From the NCBI GenBank assembly GCA_047495785.1, contig JBLDXI010000004.1, positions 2,790,001 through 2,854,000 of the forward strand: DNA of 64,000 bases, given 5' to 3'. A program made the position numbers and the translations under genes. Below are positions 22,815 through 37,800 of this stretch, one piece after another. Source of the stretch: Lepidodermella squamata (taxonomy: Eukaryota > Animalia > Gastrotricha). The first letter of the stretch is position 1, and each line of letters begins with the position of its first letter. The notes beneath the pieces are model-generated. The model saw nothing but the letters and a program-made list of their open reading frames with translations. It was not told where the DNA came from and ran no database searches.

Positions 22815-25800
22815 GGATGGTTGCGCACCAAAGGTCCCACAGGGACGGAGTCCCCAATAAGCGATGGAGTACGGCGCATCAGCTACTGCTGATGCGGAAG
22901 GGGTTATAGGAAATTTTGGGGAAACTCCTAGGGAAACTCCTGTGATAGCTGTAAAATTCCAAAAAATACCAAAAAATCGGCCATGTTTCAAAACCTCCAA
23001 TAACTTTTCTTCAAACATAGCGAACAAACTACTGATTTTTAAACAATTAAAAACGAAAAAATCGCTCTTCCGGTTACGCAATTGCGCAACTACCTTGACC
23101 TAACGGCGTAAGGTCACCGTAGCCGGTCGCCAGCACCGCGCGCTGTCGCGCGCGCACACGACCACACACGCGTAATCACCGGCGCTCATTATAACCGCGC
23201 GCACCTGTGGCTGCGCAACTGCGCCATTCTTTTTATTGTATCACCGTTAAAAACTTTTTATGAATTACCGGCTGCCTCCCTCCCCCGGGGGAGGGAGGCA
23301 TCAGCTATCTTTCTTAAAAAACATGATATTTAACTCCGGTTTGGAGGGTGGGGGAAATAAAAACCGGCCGACCTTATTTCATCAATAACTCCACCAAAAT
23401 AAATCCGATTTTGAAAATTTTTGCGGCATCCGGCAGCTGGTGCCCCGTTTTTCTAGATGGTTGCGCACCAAAGGTCCCACAGGGACGAAGTCCCCAATAA
23501 GCGACAGAGTACGGCGCATCAGCGACTGCTGATGCAGAAGGGGTTATGGCCGCTTTGGAATACCTTGCTAGGGAAATTCCTGTGATACATGTAGAAAATC
23601 TAAAAATACCGAAAAATCGGGCAGGCTTTCAAGTGGCGGGTAGAAACTTTCCAATTTTGCCGCATCAATTGCTGATTTTTAAAAAATTAAAAACGAAAAA
23701 ATCGCATTATTTATTACGCAATTGCGTAACTACCTTGACCTAACGGCGCTAGGTCACCGGAGCCGGTCGCCACTGCCGCGCGCTCTCGCGCGCGCACACG
23801 ACACCTCTTGCGTAATCACCGGCGCACTGCTATAACCGCGCGCACACAGTGGCAGCGCTAGGAGCGCAACAGGTAGTGGCGCTCGAAACTTTTTATTCGC
23901 CGTTAAAAACTTTTTATGAATTACCAGCTGCCTCCCTCCCCCGGGGGAGGGAGGCATCAGTTATCTTTCTTAAAGAACATGATATTTAACTCCGGTTTGG
24001 AGGGTGGGGGAAATAAAAAGAGGCCGATCTTATTTCATCTATAACTTCACCAAAAATAATCCGATTTTGAAAATTTTTGCGGCAACCGGCAGCTGGTGCC
24101 CCGTTTTTCTAGATGGTTGCGCACCAAAGGTCCCACAGGGACGGAGTCCCCAATACAAAATGCCGCATGGCGCTTTAGCTATCGCTGCCAAGCGTACGAG
24201 GTATATGGCGGTGCTGCATTTTTCGCGTAGGGAAACGAATATTTCAGTTATAAATATGAAAAAAATACTGAAAAATCGGCAAGCTTTTCAAGTCTCAGGT
24301 AAAAACTTTCCAGTATAATCGCAATAATTTCTGATTTTTAATGAATTAAAAACGAAAAAATCGCTTTATCGATGACGCAACAACTTGACCTAACGGCGCT
24401 AGGTCACCGGTGCCGTACGCCACCACCGCCGCGCGCGCGATGGTCGCGCGCGCACACGACACCTATTGCGTAATCACCGGCGCACTGCTATAACCGCGCG
24501 CACACAGTGGCAGCGCTAGGAGCGCAACAGGTAGTGGCGCTCGAAACTTTTTATTCGCCGTTAAAAACTTTTTATGAATTACCAGCTGCCTCCCTCCCCC
24601 GGGGGAGGGAGGCATCAGTTATCTTTCTTAAAGAACATGATATTTAACTCCGGTTTGGAGGGTGGGGGAAATAAAAAGAGGCCGATCTTATTTCATCTAT
24701 AACTTCACCAAAAATAATCCGATTTTGAAAATTTTTGCGGCAACCGGCAGCTGGTGCCCCGTTTTTCTAGATGGTTGCGCACCAAAGGTCCCACAGGGAC
24801 GGAGTCCCCAATAAGCGATGGAGTACGGCGCATCAGCTACTGCTGATGCGGAAGGGGTTATAGGAAATTTTGGGGAAACTCCTAGGGAAACTCCTGTGAT
24901 AGCTGTAAAATTCCAAAAAATACCAAAAAATCGGCCATGTTTCAAAACCTCCAATAACTTTTCTTCAAACATAGCGAACAAACTACTGATTTTTAAACAA
25001 TTAAAAACGAAAAAATCGCTCTTCCGGTTACGCAATTGCGCAACTACCTTGACCTAACGGCGTAAGGTCACCGTAGCCGGTCGCCAGCACCGCGCGCTGT
25101 CGCGCGCGCACACGACCACACACGCGTAATCACCGGCGCTCATTATAACCGCGCGCACCTGTGGCTGCGCAACTGCGCCATTCTTTTTATTGTATCACCG
25201 TTAAAAACTTTTTATGAATTACCGGCTGCCTCCCTCCCCCGGGGGAGGGAGGCATCAGCTATCTTTCTTAAAAAACATGATATTTAACTCCGGTTTGGAG
25301 GGTGGGGGAAATAAAAACCGGCCGACCTTATTTCATCAATAACTCCACCAAAATAAATCCGATTTTGAAAATTTTTGCGGCATCCGGCAGCTGGTGCCCC
25401 GTTTTTCTAGATGGTTGCGCACCAAAGGTCCCACTGGGACGGAGTCCCCAATACAAAATGCCGCATGGCGCTTTAGCTATCGCTGCCAAGCGTATGAGGT
25501 ATATGGCGGTGCTACATTTTTCGCATAGGGAAACGAATATTACAGTTACAAAAATTTTAAAAATACTGAAAAATCGGCGAGCTTTTCAAGTCTCATGTAA
25601 AAACTTTCCAGCATAATCGCCTGAATGACTGATTTTTAAAAAATTAAAAACCGAAAAATCGCATCATTGATTACGCAATTGCGTAACTACCTTGACCTAA
25701 CGGCGTGAGTTCATGCACACATCAGCGCGAACTGTAGGCTGCTGCCGGCGGTTACGAAAGTTACGTCATGTTACAGCACAGGAAATGTATGAAAACGCGG

Positions 25801-25850
25801 CACAATCAATTTGATTCCATTTTGCCTCCCTCCCCGGGGGGAGGGAGGCT
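22815..25850 (+). repeat. Tandem array of a ~650-bp unit (~4.7 copies), each with a GC palindrome
   Basis: GATGGTTGCGCACCAAAGGTCCCAC recurs at ~22816, 23456, 24112, 24770 and 25410. TGCCTCCCTCCCCCGGGGGAGGGAGGCA occurs at 23273, 23929, 24587, 25227 and (variant) 25824. Confidence 0.95.
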
Positions 25851-25879
25851 TCAAGAATTTCACGTCTTGAATAATTAAC

Positions 25880-28800
25880 AATGGCGATAAATTCCGCATT
25901 CAACGGTGTAAAGCTCGTCTGTGAGCTATGCGCGCATCATGGTCAAAAATCGATAAAATCATTTGAAAAATGCAAATTACTCCAAAATGGTCGCTCGAGC
26001 GACCAATGGAAAAATCGACGCTCACAAAATTCCCGCAACCTGTATATAGGCTTGGCCTATACCGTTAGAAATGGCGATTGCTTGCGCACATTCTAAAATT
26101 AACGCGCTGGCAATAGGACACAGTGGAGTGACGCGCGGCGCTAAAAATCGTTTTACACAGTACTAATCAGCAACACAGTTTGCGCGCACACACCAAGTAC
26201 ACTTTGTAATTACCAGTGTAACCAATTTCTATTTTTTAATCACTGTCAGCAGGTACCAGTTTGGATGTTATACCTATTAAAACGAATGGCGATAAATTCC
26301 GCATTCAACGGTGTAAAGCTCGTCTGTGAGCTATGCGCGCATCATGGTCAAAAATCGATAAAATCATTTGAAAAATGCAAATTACTCCAAAATGGTCGCT
26401 CGAGCGACCAATGGAAAAATCGACGCTCACAAAATTCCCGCAACCTGTATATAGGCTTGGCCTATACCGTTAGAAATGGCGATTGCTTGCGCACATTCTA
26501 AAATTAACGCGCTGGCAATAGGACACAGTGGAGTGACGCGCGGCGCTAAAAATCGTTTTACACAGTACTAATCAGCAACACAGTTTGCGCGCACACACCA
26601 AGTACACTTTGTAATTACCAGTGTAACCAATTTCTATTTTTTAATCACTGTCAGCAGGTACCAGTTTGGATGTTATACCTATTAAAACGAATGGCGATAA
26701 ATTCCGCATTCAACGGTGTAAAGCTCGTCTGTGAGCTATGCGCGCATCATGGTCAAGAATCGATAAAATCATTTGAAAAATGCAAATTACTCCAAAATGG
26801 TCGCTCGAGCGACCAATGGAAAAATCGACGCTCACAAAATTCCCGCAACCTGTATATAGGCTTGGCCTATACCGTTAGAAATGGCGATTGCTTGCGCACA
26901 TTCTAAAATTAACGCGCTGGCAATAGGACACAGTGGAGTGACGCGCGGCGCTAAAAATCGTTTTACACAGTACTAATCAGCAACACAGTTTGCGCGCACA
27001 CACCAAGTACACTTTGTAATTACCAGTGTAACCAATTTCTATTTTTTAATCACTGTCAGCAGGTACCAGTTTGGATGTTATACCTATTAAAACGAATGGC
27101 GATAAATTCCGCATTCAACGGTGTAAAGCTCGTCTGTGAGCTATGCGCGCATCATGGTCAAGAATCGATAAAATCATTTGAAAAATGCAAATTACTCCAA
27201 AATGGTCGCTCGAGCGACCAATGGAAAAATCGACGCTCACAAAATTCCCGCAACCTGTATATAGGCTTGGCCTATACCGTTAGAAATGGCGATTGCTTGC
27301 GCACATTCTAAAATTAACGCGCTGGCAATAGGACACAGTGGAGTGACGCGCGGCGCTAAAAATCGTTTTACACAGTACTAATCAGCAACACAGTTTGCGC
27401 GCACACACCAAGTACACTTTGTAATTACCAGTGTAACCAATTTCTATTTTTTAATCACTGTCAGCAGGTACCAGTTTGGATGTTATACCTATTAAAACGA
27501 ATGGCGATAAATTCCGCATTCAACGGTGTAAAGCTCGTCTGTGAGCTATGCGCGCATCATGGTCAAAAATCGATAAAATCATTTGAAAAATGCAAATTAC
27601 TCCAAAATGGTCGCTCGAGCGACCAATGGAAAAATCGACGCTCACAAAATTCCCGCAACCTGTATATAGGCTTGGCCTATACCGTTAGAAATGGCGATTG
27701 CTTGCGCACATTCTAAAATTAACGCGCTGGCAATAGGACACAGTGGAGTGACGCGCGGCGCTAAAAATCGTTTTACACAGTACTAATCAGCAACACAGTT
27801 TGCGCGCACACACCAAGTACACTTTGTAATTACCAGTGTAACCAATTTCTATTTTTTAATCACTGTCAGCAGGTACCAGTTTGGATGTTATACCTATTAA
27901 AACGAATGGCGATAAATTCCGCATTCAACGGTGTAAAGCTCGTCTGTGAGCTATGCGCGCATCATGGTCAAAAATCGATAAAATCATTTGAAAAATGCAA
28001 ATTACTCCAAAATGGTCGCTCGAGCGACCAATGGAAAAATCGACGCTCACAAAATTCCCGCAACCTGTATATAGGCTTGGCCTATACCGTTAGAAATGGC
28101 GATTGCTTGCGCACATTCTAAAATTAACGCGCTGGCAATAGGACACAGTGGAGTGACGCGCGGCGCTAAAAATCGTTTTACACAGTACTAATCAGCAACA
28201 CAGTTTGCGCGCACACACCAAGTACACTTTGTAATTACCAGTGTAACCAATTTCTATTTTTTAATCACTGTCAGCAGGTACCAGTTTGGATGTTATACCT
28301 ATTAAAACGAATGGCGATAAATTCCGCATTCAACGGTGTAAAGCTCGTCTGTGAGCTATGCGCGCATCATGGTCAAAAATCGATAAAATCATTTGAAAAA
28401 TGCAAATTACTCCAAAATGGTCGCTCGAGCGACCAATGGAAAAATCGACGCTCACAAAATTCCCGCAACCTGTATATAGGCTTGGCCTATACCGTTAGAA
28501 ATGGCGATTGCTTGCGCACATTCTAAAATTAACGCGCTGGCAATAGGACACAGTGGAGTGACGCGCGGCGCTAAAAATCGTTTTACACAGTACTAATCAG
28601 CAACACAGTTTGCGCGCACACACCAAGTACACTTTGTAATTACCAGTGTAACCAATTTCTATTTTTTAATCACTGTCAGCAGGTACCAGTTTGGATGTTA
28701 TACCTATTAAAACGAATGGCGATAAATTCCGCATTCAACGGTGTAAAGCTCGTCTGTGAGCTATGCGCGCATCATGGTCAAAAATCGATAAAATCATTTG

Positions 28801-31800
28801 AAAAATGCAAATTACTCCAAAATGGTCGCTCGAGCGACCAATGGAAAAATCGACGCTCACAAAATTCCCGCAACCTGTATATAGGCTTGGCCTATACCGT
28901 TAGAAATGGCGATTGCTTGCGCACATTCTAAAATTAACGCGCTGGCAATAGGACACAGTGGAGTGACGCGCGGCGCTAAAAATCGTTTTACACAGTACTA
29001 ATCAGCAACACAGTTTGCGCGCACACACCAAGTACACTTTGTAATTACCAGTGTAACCAATTTCTATTTTTTAATCACTGTCAGCAGGTACCAGTTTGGA
29101 TGTTATACCTATTAAAACGAATGGCGATAAATTCCGCATTCAACGGTGTAAAGCTCGTCTGTGAGCTATGCGCGCATCATGGTCAAAAATCGATAAAATC
29201 ATTTGAAAAATGCAAATTACTCCAAAATGGTCGCTCGAGCGACCAATGGAAAAATCGACGCTCACAAAATTCCCGCAACCTGTATATAGGCTTGGCCTAT
29301 ACCGTTAGAAATGGCGATTGCTTGCGCACATTCTAAAATTAACGCGCTGGCAATAGGACACAGTGGAGTGACGCGCGGCGCTAAAAATCGTTTTACACAG
29401 TACTAATCAGCAACACAGTTTGCGCGCACACACCAAGTACACTTTGTAATTACCAGTGTAACCAATTTCTATTTTTTAATCACTGTCAGCAGGTACCAGT
29501 TTGGATGTTATACCTATTAAAACGAATGGCGATAAATTCCGCATTCAACGGTGTAAAGCTCGTCTGTGAGCTATGCGCGCATCATGGTCAAAAATCGATA
29601 AAATCATTTGAAAAATGCAAATTACTCCAAAATGGTCGCTCGAGCGACCAATGGAAAAATCGACGCTCACAAAATTCCCGCAACCTGTATATAGGCTTGG
29701 CCTATACCGTTAGAAATGGCGATTGCTTGCGCACATTCTAAAATTAACGCGCTGGCAATAGGACACAGTGGAGTGACGCGCGGCGCTAAAAATCGTTTTA
29801 CACAGTACTAATCAGCAACACAGTTTGCGCGCACACACCAAGTACACTTTGTAATTACCAGTGTAACCAATTTCTATTTTTTAATCACTGTCAGCAGGTA
29901 CCAGTTTGGATGTTATACCTATTAAAACGAATGGCGATAAATTCCGCATTCAACGGTGTAAAGCTCGTCTGTGAGCTATGCGCGCATCATGGTCAAGAAT
30001 CGATAAAATCATTTGAAAAATGCAAATTACTCCAAAATGGTCGCTCGAGCGACCAATGGAAAAATCGACGCTCACAAAATTCCCGCAACCTGTATATAGG
30101 CTTGGCCTATACCGTTAGAAATGGCGATTGCTTGCGCACATTCTAAAATTAACGCGCTGGCAATAGGACACAGTGGAGTGACGCGCGGCGCTAAAAATCG
30201 TTTTACACAGTACTAATCAGCAACACAGTTTGCGCGCACACACCAAGTACACTTTGTAATTACCAGTGTAACCAATTTCTATTTTTTAATCACTGTCAGC
30301 AGGTACCAGTTTGGATGTTATACCTATTAAAACGAATGGCGATAAATTCCGCATTCAACGGTGTAAAGCTCGTCTGTGAGCTATGCGCGCATCATGGTCA
30401 AAAATCGATAAAATCATTTGAAAAATGCAAATTACTCCAAAATGGTCGCTCGAGCGACCAATGGAAAAATCGACGCTCACAAAATTCCCGCAACCTGTAT
30501 ATAGGCTTGGCCTATACCGTTAGAAATGGCGATTGCTTGCGCACATTCTAAAATTAACGCGCTGGCAATAGGACACAGTGGAGTGACGCGCGGCGCTAAA
30601 AATCGTTTTACACAGTACTAATCAGCAACACAGTTTGCGCGCACACACCAAGTACACTTTGTAATTACCAGTGTAACCAATTTCTATTTTTTAATCACTG
30701 TCAGCAGGTACCAGTTTGGATGTTATACCTATTAAAACGAATGGCGATAAATTCCGCATTCAACGGTGTAAAGCTCGTCTGTGAGCTATGCGCGCATCAT
30801 GGTCAAAAATCGATAAAATCATTTGAAAAATGCAAATTACTCCAAAATGGTCGCTCGAGCGACCAATGGAAAAATCGACGCTCACAAAATTCCCGCAACC
30901 TGTATATAGGCTTGGCCTATACCGTTAGAAATGGCGATTGCTTGCGCACATTCTAAAATTAACGCGCTGGCAATAGGACACAGTGGAGTGACGCGCGGCG
31001 CTAAAAATCGTTTTACACAGTACTAATCAGCAACACAGTTTGCGCGCACACACCAAGTACACTTTGTAATTACCAGTGTAACCAATTTCTATTTTTTAAT
31101 CACTGTCAGCAGGTACCAGTTTGGATGTTATACCTATTAAAACGAATGGCGATAAATTCCGCATTCAACGGTGTAAAGCTCGTCTGTGAGCTATGCGCGC
31201 ATCATGGTCAAGAATCGATAAAATCATTTGAAAAATGCAAATTACTCCAAAATGGTCGCTCGAGCGACCAATGGAAAAATCGACGCTCACAAAATTCCCG
31301 CAACCTGTATATAGGCTTGGCCTATACCGTTAGAAATGGCGATTGCTTGCGCACATTCTAAAATTAACGCGCTGGCAATAGGACACAGTGGAGTGACGCG
31401 CGGCGCTAAAAATCGTTTTACACAGTACTAATCAGCAACACAGTTTGCGCGCACACACCAAGTACACTTTGTAATTACCAGTGTAACCAATTTCTATTTT
31501 TTAATCACTGTCAGCAGGTACCAGTTTGGATGTTATACCTATTAAAACGAATGGCGATAAATTCCGCATTCAACGGTGTAAAGCTCGTCTGTGAGCTATG
31601 CGCGCATCATGGTCAAAAATCGATAAAATCATTTGAAAAATGCAAATTACTCCAAAATGGTCGCTCGAGCGACCAATGGAAAAATCGACGCTCACAAAAT
31701 TCCCGCAACCTGTATATAGGCTTGGCCTATACCGTTAGAAATGGCGATTGCTTGCGCACATTCTAAAATTAACGCGCTGGCAATAGGACACAGTGGAGTG

Positions 31801-34800
31801 ACGCGCGGCGCTAAAAATCGTTTTACACAGTACTAATCAGCAACACAGTTTGCGCGCACACACCAAGTACACTTTGTAATTACCAGTGTAACCAATTTCT
31901 ATTTTTTAATCACTGTCAGCAGGTACCAGTTTGGATGTTATACCTATTAAAACGAATGGCGATAAATTCCGCATTCAACGGTGTAAAGCTCGTCTGTGAG
32001 CTATGCGCGCATCATGGTCAAGAATCGATAAAATCATTTGAAAAATGCAAATTACTCCAAAATGGTCGCTCGAGCGACCAATGGAAAAATCGACGCTCAC
32101 AAAATTCCCGCAACCTGTATATAGGCTTGGCCTATACCGTTAGAAATGGCGATTGCTTGCGCACATTCTAAAATTAACGCGCTGGCAATAGGACACAGTG
32201 GAGTGACGCGCGGCGCTAAAAATCGTTTTACACAGTACTAATCAGCAACACAGTTTGCGCGCACACACCAAGTACACTTTGTAATTACCAGTGTAACCAA
32301 TTTCTATTTTTTAATCACTGTCAGCAGGTACCAGTTTGGATGTTATACCTATTAAAACGAATGGCGATAAATTCCGCATTCAACGGTGTAAAGCTCGTCT
32401 GTGAGCTATGCGCGCATCATGGTCAAAAATCGATAAAATCATTTGAAAAATGCAAATTACTCCAAAATGGTCGCTCGAGCGACCAATGGAAAAATCGACG
32501 CTCACAAAATTCCCGCAACCTGTATATAGGCTTGGCCTATACCGTTAGAAATGGCGATTGCTTGCGCACATTCTAAAATTAACGCGCTGGCAATAGGACA
32601 CAGTGGAGTGACGCGCGGCGCTAAAAATCGTTTTACACAGTACTAATCAGCAACACAGTTTGCGCGCACACACCAAGTACACTTTGTAATTACCAGTGTA
32701 ACCAATTTCTATTTTTTAATCACTGTCAGCAGGTACCAGTTTGGATGTTATACCTATTAAAACGAATGGCGATAAATTCCGCATTCAACGGTGTAAAGCT
32801 CGTCTGTGAGCTATGCGCGCATCATGGTCAAAAATCGATAAAATCATTTGAAAAATGCAAATTACTCCAAAATGGTCGCTCGAGCGACCAATGGAAAAAT
32901 CGACGCTCACAAAATTCCCGCAACCTGTATATAGGCTTGGCCTATACCGTTAGAAATGGCGATTGCTTGCGCACATTCTAAAATTAACGCGCTGGCAATA
33001 GGACACAGTGGAGTGACGCGCGGCGCTAAAAATCGTTTTACACAGTACTAATCAGCAACACAGTTTGCGCGCACACACCAAGTACACTTTGTAATTACCA
33101 GTGTAACCAATTTCTATTTTTTAATCACTGTCAGCAGGTACCAGTTTGGATGTTATACCTATTAAAACGAATGGCGATAAATTCCGCATTCAACGGTGTA
33201 AAGCTCGTCTGTGAGCTATGCGCGCATCATGGTCAAAAATCGATAAAATCATTTGAAAAATGCAAATTACTCCAAAATGGTCGCTCGAGCGACCAATGGA
33301 AAAATCGACGCTCACAAAATTCCCGCAACCTGTATATAGGCTTGGCCTATACCGTTAGAAATGGCGATTGCTTGCGCACATTCTAAAATTAACGCGCTGG
33401 CAATAGGACACAGTGGAGTGACGCGCGGCGCTAAAAATCGTTTTACACAGTACTAATCAGCAACACAGTTTGCGCGCACACACCAAGTACACTTTGTAAT
33501 TACCAGTGTAACCAATTTCTATTTTTTAATCACTGTCAGCAGGTACCAGTTTGGATGTTATACCTATTAAAACGAATGGCGATAAATTCCGCATTCAACG
33601 GTGTAAAGCTCGTCTGTGAGCTATGCGCGCATCATGGTCAAGAATCGATAAAATCATTTGAAAAATGCAAATTACTCCAAAATGGTCGCTCGAGCGACCA
33701 ATGGAAAAATCGACGCTCACAAAATTCCCGCAACCTGTATATAGGCTTGGCCTATACCGTTAGAAATGGCGATTGCTTGCGCACATTCTAAAATTAACGC
33801 GCTGGCAATAGGACACAGTGGAGTGACGCGCGGCGCTAAAAATCGTTTTACACAGTACTAATCAGCAACACAGTTTGCGCGCACACACCAAGTACACTTT
33901 GTAATTACCAGTGTAACCAATTTCTATTTTTTAATCACTGTCAGCAGGTACCAGTTTGGATGTTATACCTATTAAAACGAATGGCGATAAATTCCGCATT
34001 CAACGGTGTAAAGCTCGTCTGTGAGCTATGCGCGCATCATGGTCAAAAATCGATAAAATCATTTGAAAAATGCAAATTACTCCAAAATGGTCGCTCGAGC
34101 GACCAATGGAAAAATCGACGCTCACAAAATTCCCGCAACCTGTATATAGGCTTGGCCTATACCGTTAGAAATGGCGATTGCTTGCGCACATTCTAAAATT
34201 AACGCGCTGGCAATAGGACACAGTGGAGTGACGCGCGGCGCTAAAAATCGTTTTACACAGTACTAATCAGCAACACAGTTTGCGCGCACACACCAAGTAC
34301 ACTTTGTAATTACCAGTGTAACCAATTTCTATTTTTTAATCACTGTCAGCAGGTACCAGTTTGGATGTTATACCTATTAAAACGAATGGCGATAAATTCC
34401 GCATTCAACGGTGTAAAGCTCGTCTGTGAGCTATGCGCGCATCATGGTCAAAAATCGATAAAATCATTTGAAAAATGCAAATTACTCCAAAATGGTCGCT
34501 CGAGCGACCAATGGAAAAATCGACGCTCACAAAATTCCCGCAACCTGTATATAGGCTTGGCCTATACCGTTAGAAATGGCGATTGCTTGCGCACATTCTA
34601 AAATTAACGCGCTGGCAATAGGACACAGTGGAGTGACGCGCGGCGCTAAAAATCGTTTTACACAGTACTAATCAGCAACACAGTTTGCGCGCACACACCA
34701 AGTACACTTTGTAATTACCAGTGTAACCAATTTCTATTTTTTAATCACTGTCAGCAGGTACCAGTTTGGATGTTATACCTATTAAAACGAATGGCGATAA

Positions 34801-37800
34801 ATTCCGCATTCAACGGTGTAAAGCTCGTCTGTGAGCTATGCGCGCATCATGGTCAAAAATCGATAAAATCATTTGAAAAATGCAAATTACTCCAAAATGG
34901 TCGCTCGAGCGACCAATGGAAAAATCGACGCTCACAAAATTCCCGCAACCTGTATATAGGCTTGGCCTATACCGTTAGAAATGGCGATTGCTTGCGCACA
35001 TTCTAAAATTAACGCGCTGGCAATAGGACACAGTGGAGTGACGCGCGGCGCTAAAAATCGTTTTACACAGTACTAATCAGCAACACAGTTTGCGCGCACA
35101 CACCAAGTACACTTTGTAATTACCAGTGTAACCAATTTCTATTTTTTAATCACTGTCAGCAGGTACCAGTTTGGATGTTATACCTATTAAAACGAATGGC
35201 GATAAATTCCGCATTCAACGGTGTAAAGCTCGTCTGTGAGCTATGCGCGCATCATGGTCAAAAATCGATAAAATCATTTGAAAAATGCAAATTACTCCAA
35301 AATGGTCGCTCGAGCGACCAATGGAAAAATCGACGCTCACAAAATTCCCGCAACCTGTATATAGGCTTGGCCTATACCGTTAGAAATGGCGATTGCTTGC
35401 GCACATTCTAAAATTAACGCGCTGGCAATAGGACACAGTGGAGTGACGCGCGGCGCTAAAAATCGTTTTACACAGTACTAATCAGCAACACAGTTTGCGC
35501 GCACACACCAAGTACACTTTGTAATTACCAGTGTAACCAATTTCTATTTTTTAATCACTGTCAGCAGGTACCAGTTTGGATGTTATACCTATTAAAACGA
35601 ATGGCGATAAATTCCGCATTCAACGGTGTAAAGCTCGTCTGTGAGCTATGCGCGCATCATGGTCAAAAATCGATAAAATCATTTGAAAAATGCAAATTAC
35701 TCCAAAATGGTCGCTCGAGCGACCAATGGAAAAATCGACGCTCACAAAATTCCCGCAACCTGTATATAGGCTTGGCCTATACCGTTAGAAATGGCGATTG
35801 CTTGCGCACATTCTAAAATTAACGCGCTGGCAATAGGACACAGTGGAGTGACGCGCGGCGCTAAAAATCGTTTTACACAGTACTAATCAGCAACACAGTT
35901 TGCGCGCACACACCAAGTACACTTTGTAATTACCAGTGTAACCAATTTCTATTTTTTAATCACTGTCAGCAGGTACCAGTTTGGATGTTATACCTATTAA
36001 AACGAATGGCGATAAATTCCGCATTCAACGGTGTAAAGCTCGTCTGTGAGCTATGCGCGCATCATGGTCAAGAATCGATAAAATCATTTGAAAAATGCAA
36101 ATTACTCCAAAATGGTCGCTCGAGCGACCAATGGAAAAATCGACGCTCACAAAATTCCCGCAACCTGTATATAGGCTTGGCCTATACCGTTAGAAATGGC
36201 GATTGCTTGCGCACATTCTAAAATTAACGCGCTGGCAATAGGACACAGTGGAGTGACGCGCGGCGCTAAAAATCGTTTTACACAGTACTAATCAGCAACA
36301 CAGTTTGCGCGCACACACCAAGTACACTTTGTAATTACCAGTGTAACCAATTTCTATTTTTTAATCACTGTCAGCAGGTACCAGTTTGGATGTTATACCT
36401 ATTAAAACGAATGGCGATAAATTCCGCATTCAACGGTGTAAAGCTCGTCTGTGAGCTATGCGCGCATCATGGTCAAAAATCGATAAAATCATTTGAAAAA
36501 TGCAAATTACTCCAAAATGGTCGCTCGAGCGACCAATGGAAAAATCGACGCTCACAAAATTCCCGCAACCTGTATATAGGCTTGGCCTATACCGTTAGAA
36601 ATGGCGATTGCTTGCGCACATTCTAAAATTAACGCGCTGGCAATAGGACACAGTGGAGTGACGCGCGGCGCTAAAAATCGTTTTACACAGTACTAATCAG
36701 CAACACAGTTTGCGCGCACACACCAAGTACACTTTGTAATTACCAGTGTAACCAATTTCTATTTTTTAATCACTGTCAGCAGGTACCAGTTTGGATGTTA
36801 TACCTATTAAAACGAATGGCGATAAATTCCGCATTCAACGGTGTAAAGCTCGTCTGTGAGCTATGCGCGCATCATGGTCAAAAATCGATAAAATCATTTG
36901 AAAAATGCAAATTACTCCAAAATGGTCGCTCGAGCGACCAATGGAAAAATCGACGCTCACAAAATTCCCGCAACCTGTATATAGGCTTGGCCTATACCGT
37001 TAGAAATGGCGATTGCTTGCGCACATTCTAAAATTAACGCGCTGGCAATAGGACACAGTGGAGTGACGCGCGGCGCTAAAAATCGTTTTACACAGTACTA
37101 ATCAGCAACACAGTTTGCGCGCACACACCAAGTACACTTTGTAATTACCAGTGTAACCAATTTCTATTTTTTAATCACTGTCAGCAGGTACCAGTTTGGA
37201 TGTTATACCTATTAAAACGAATGGCGATAAATTCCGCATTCAACGGTGTAAAGCTCGTCTGTGAGCTATGCGCGCATCATGGTCAAAAATCGATAAAATC
37301 ATTTGAAAAATGCAAATTACTCCAAAATGGTCGCTCGAGCGACCAATGGAAAAATCGACGCTCACAAAATTCCCGCAACCTGTATATAGGCTTGGCCTAT
37401 ACCGTTAGAAATGGCGATTGCTTGCGCACATTCTAAAATTAACGCGCTGGCAATAGGACACAGTGGAGTGACGCGCGGCGCTAAAAATCGTTTTACACAG
37501 TACTAATCAGCAACACAGTTTGCGCGCACACACCAAGTACACTTTGTAATTACCAGTGTAACCAATTTCTATTTTTTAATCACTGTCAGCAGGTACCAGT
37601 TTGGATGTTATACCTATTAAAACGAATGGCGATAAATTCCGCATTCAACGGTGTAAAGCTCGTCTGTGAGCTATGCGCGCATCATGGTCAAAAATCGATA
37701 AAATCATTTGAAAAATGCAAATTACTCCAAAATGGTCGCTCGAGCGACCAATGGAAAAATCGACGCTCACAAAATTCCCGCAACCTGTATATAGGCTTGG

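Noticed and set aside
22864-25616. Repeated 65-112-aa ORFs (also 44808-45779)
   Set aside because: They lie within the 650-bp repeat, and stop positions vary between units.
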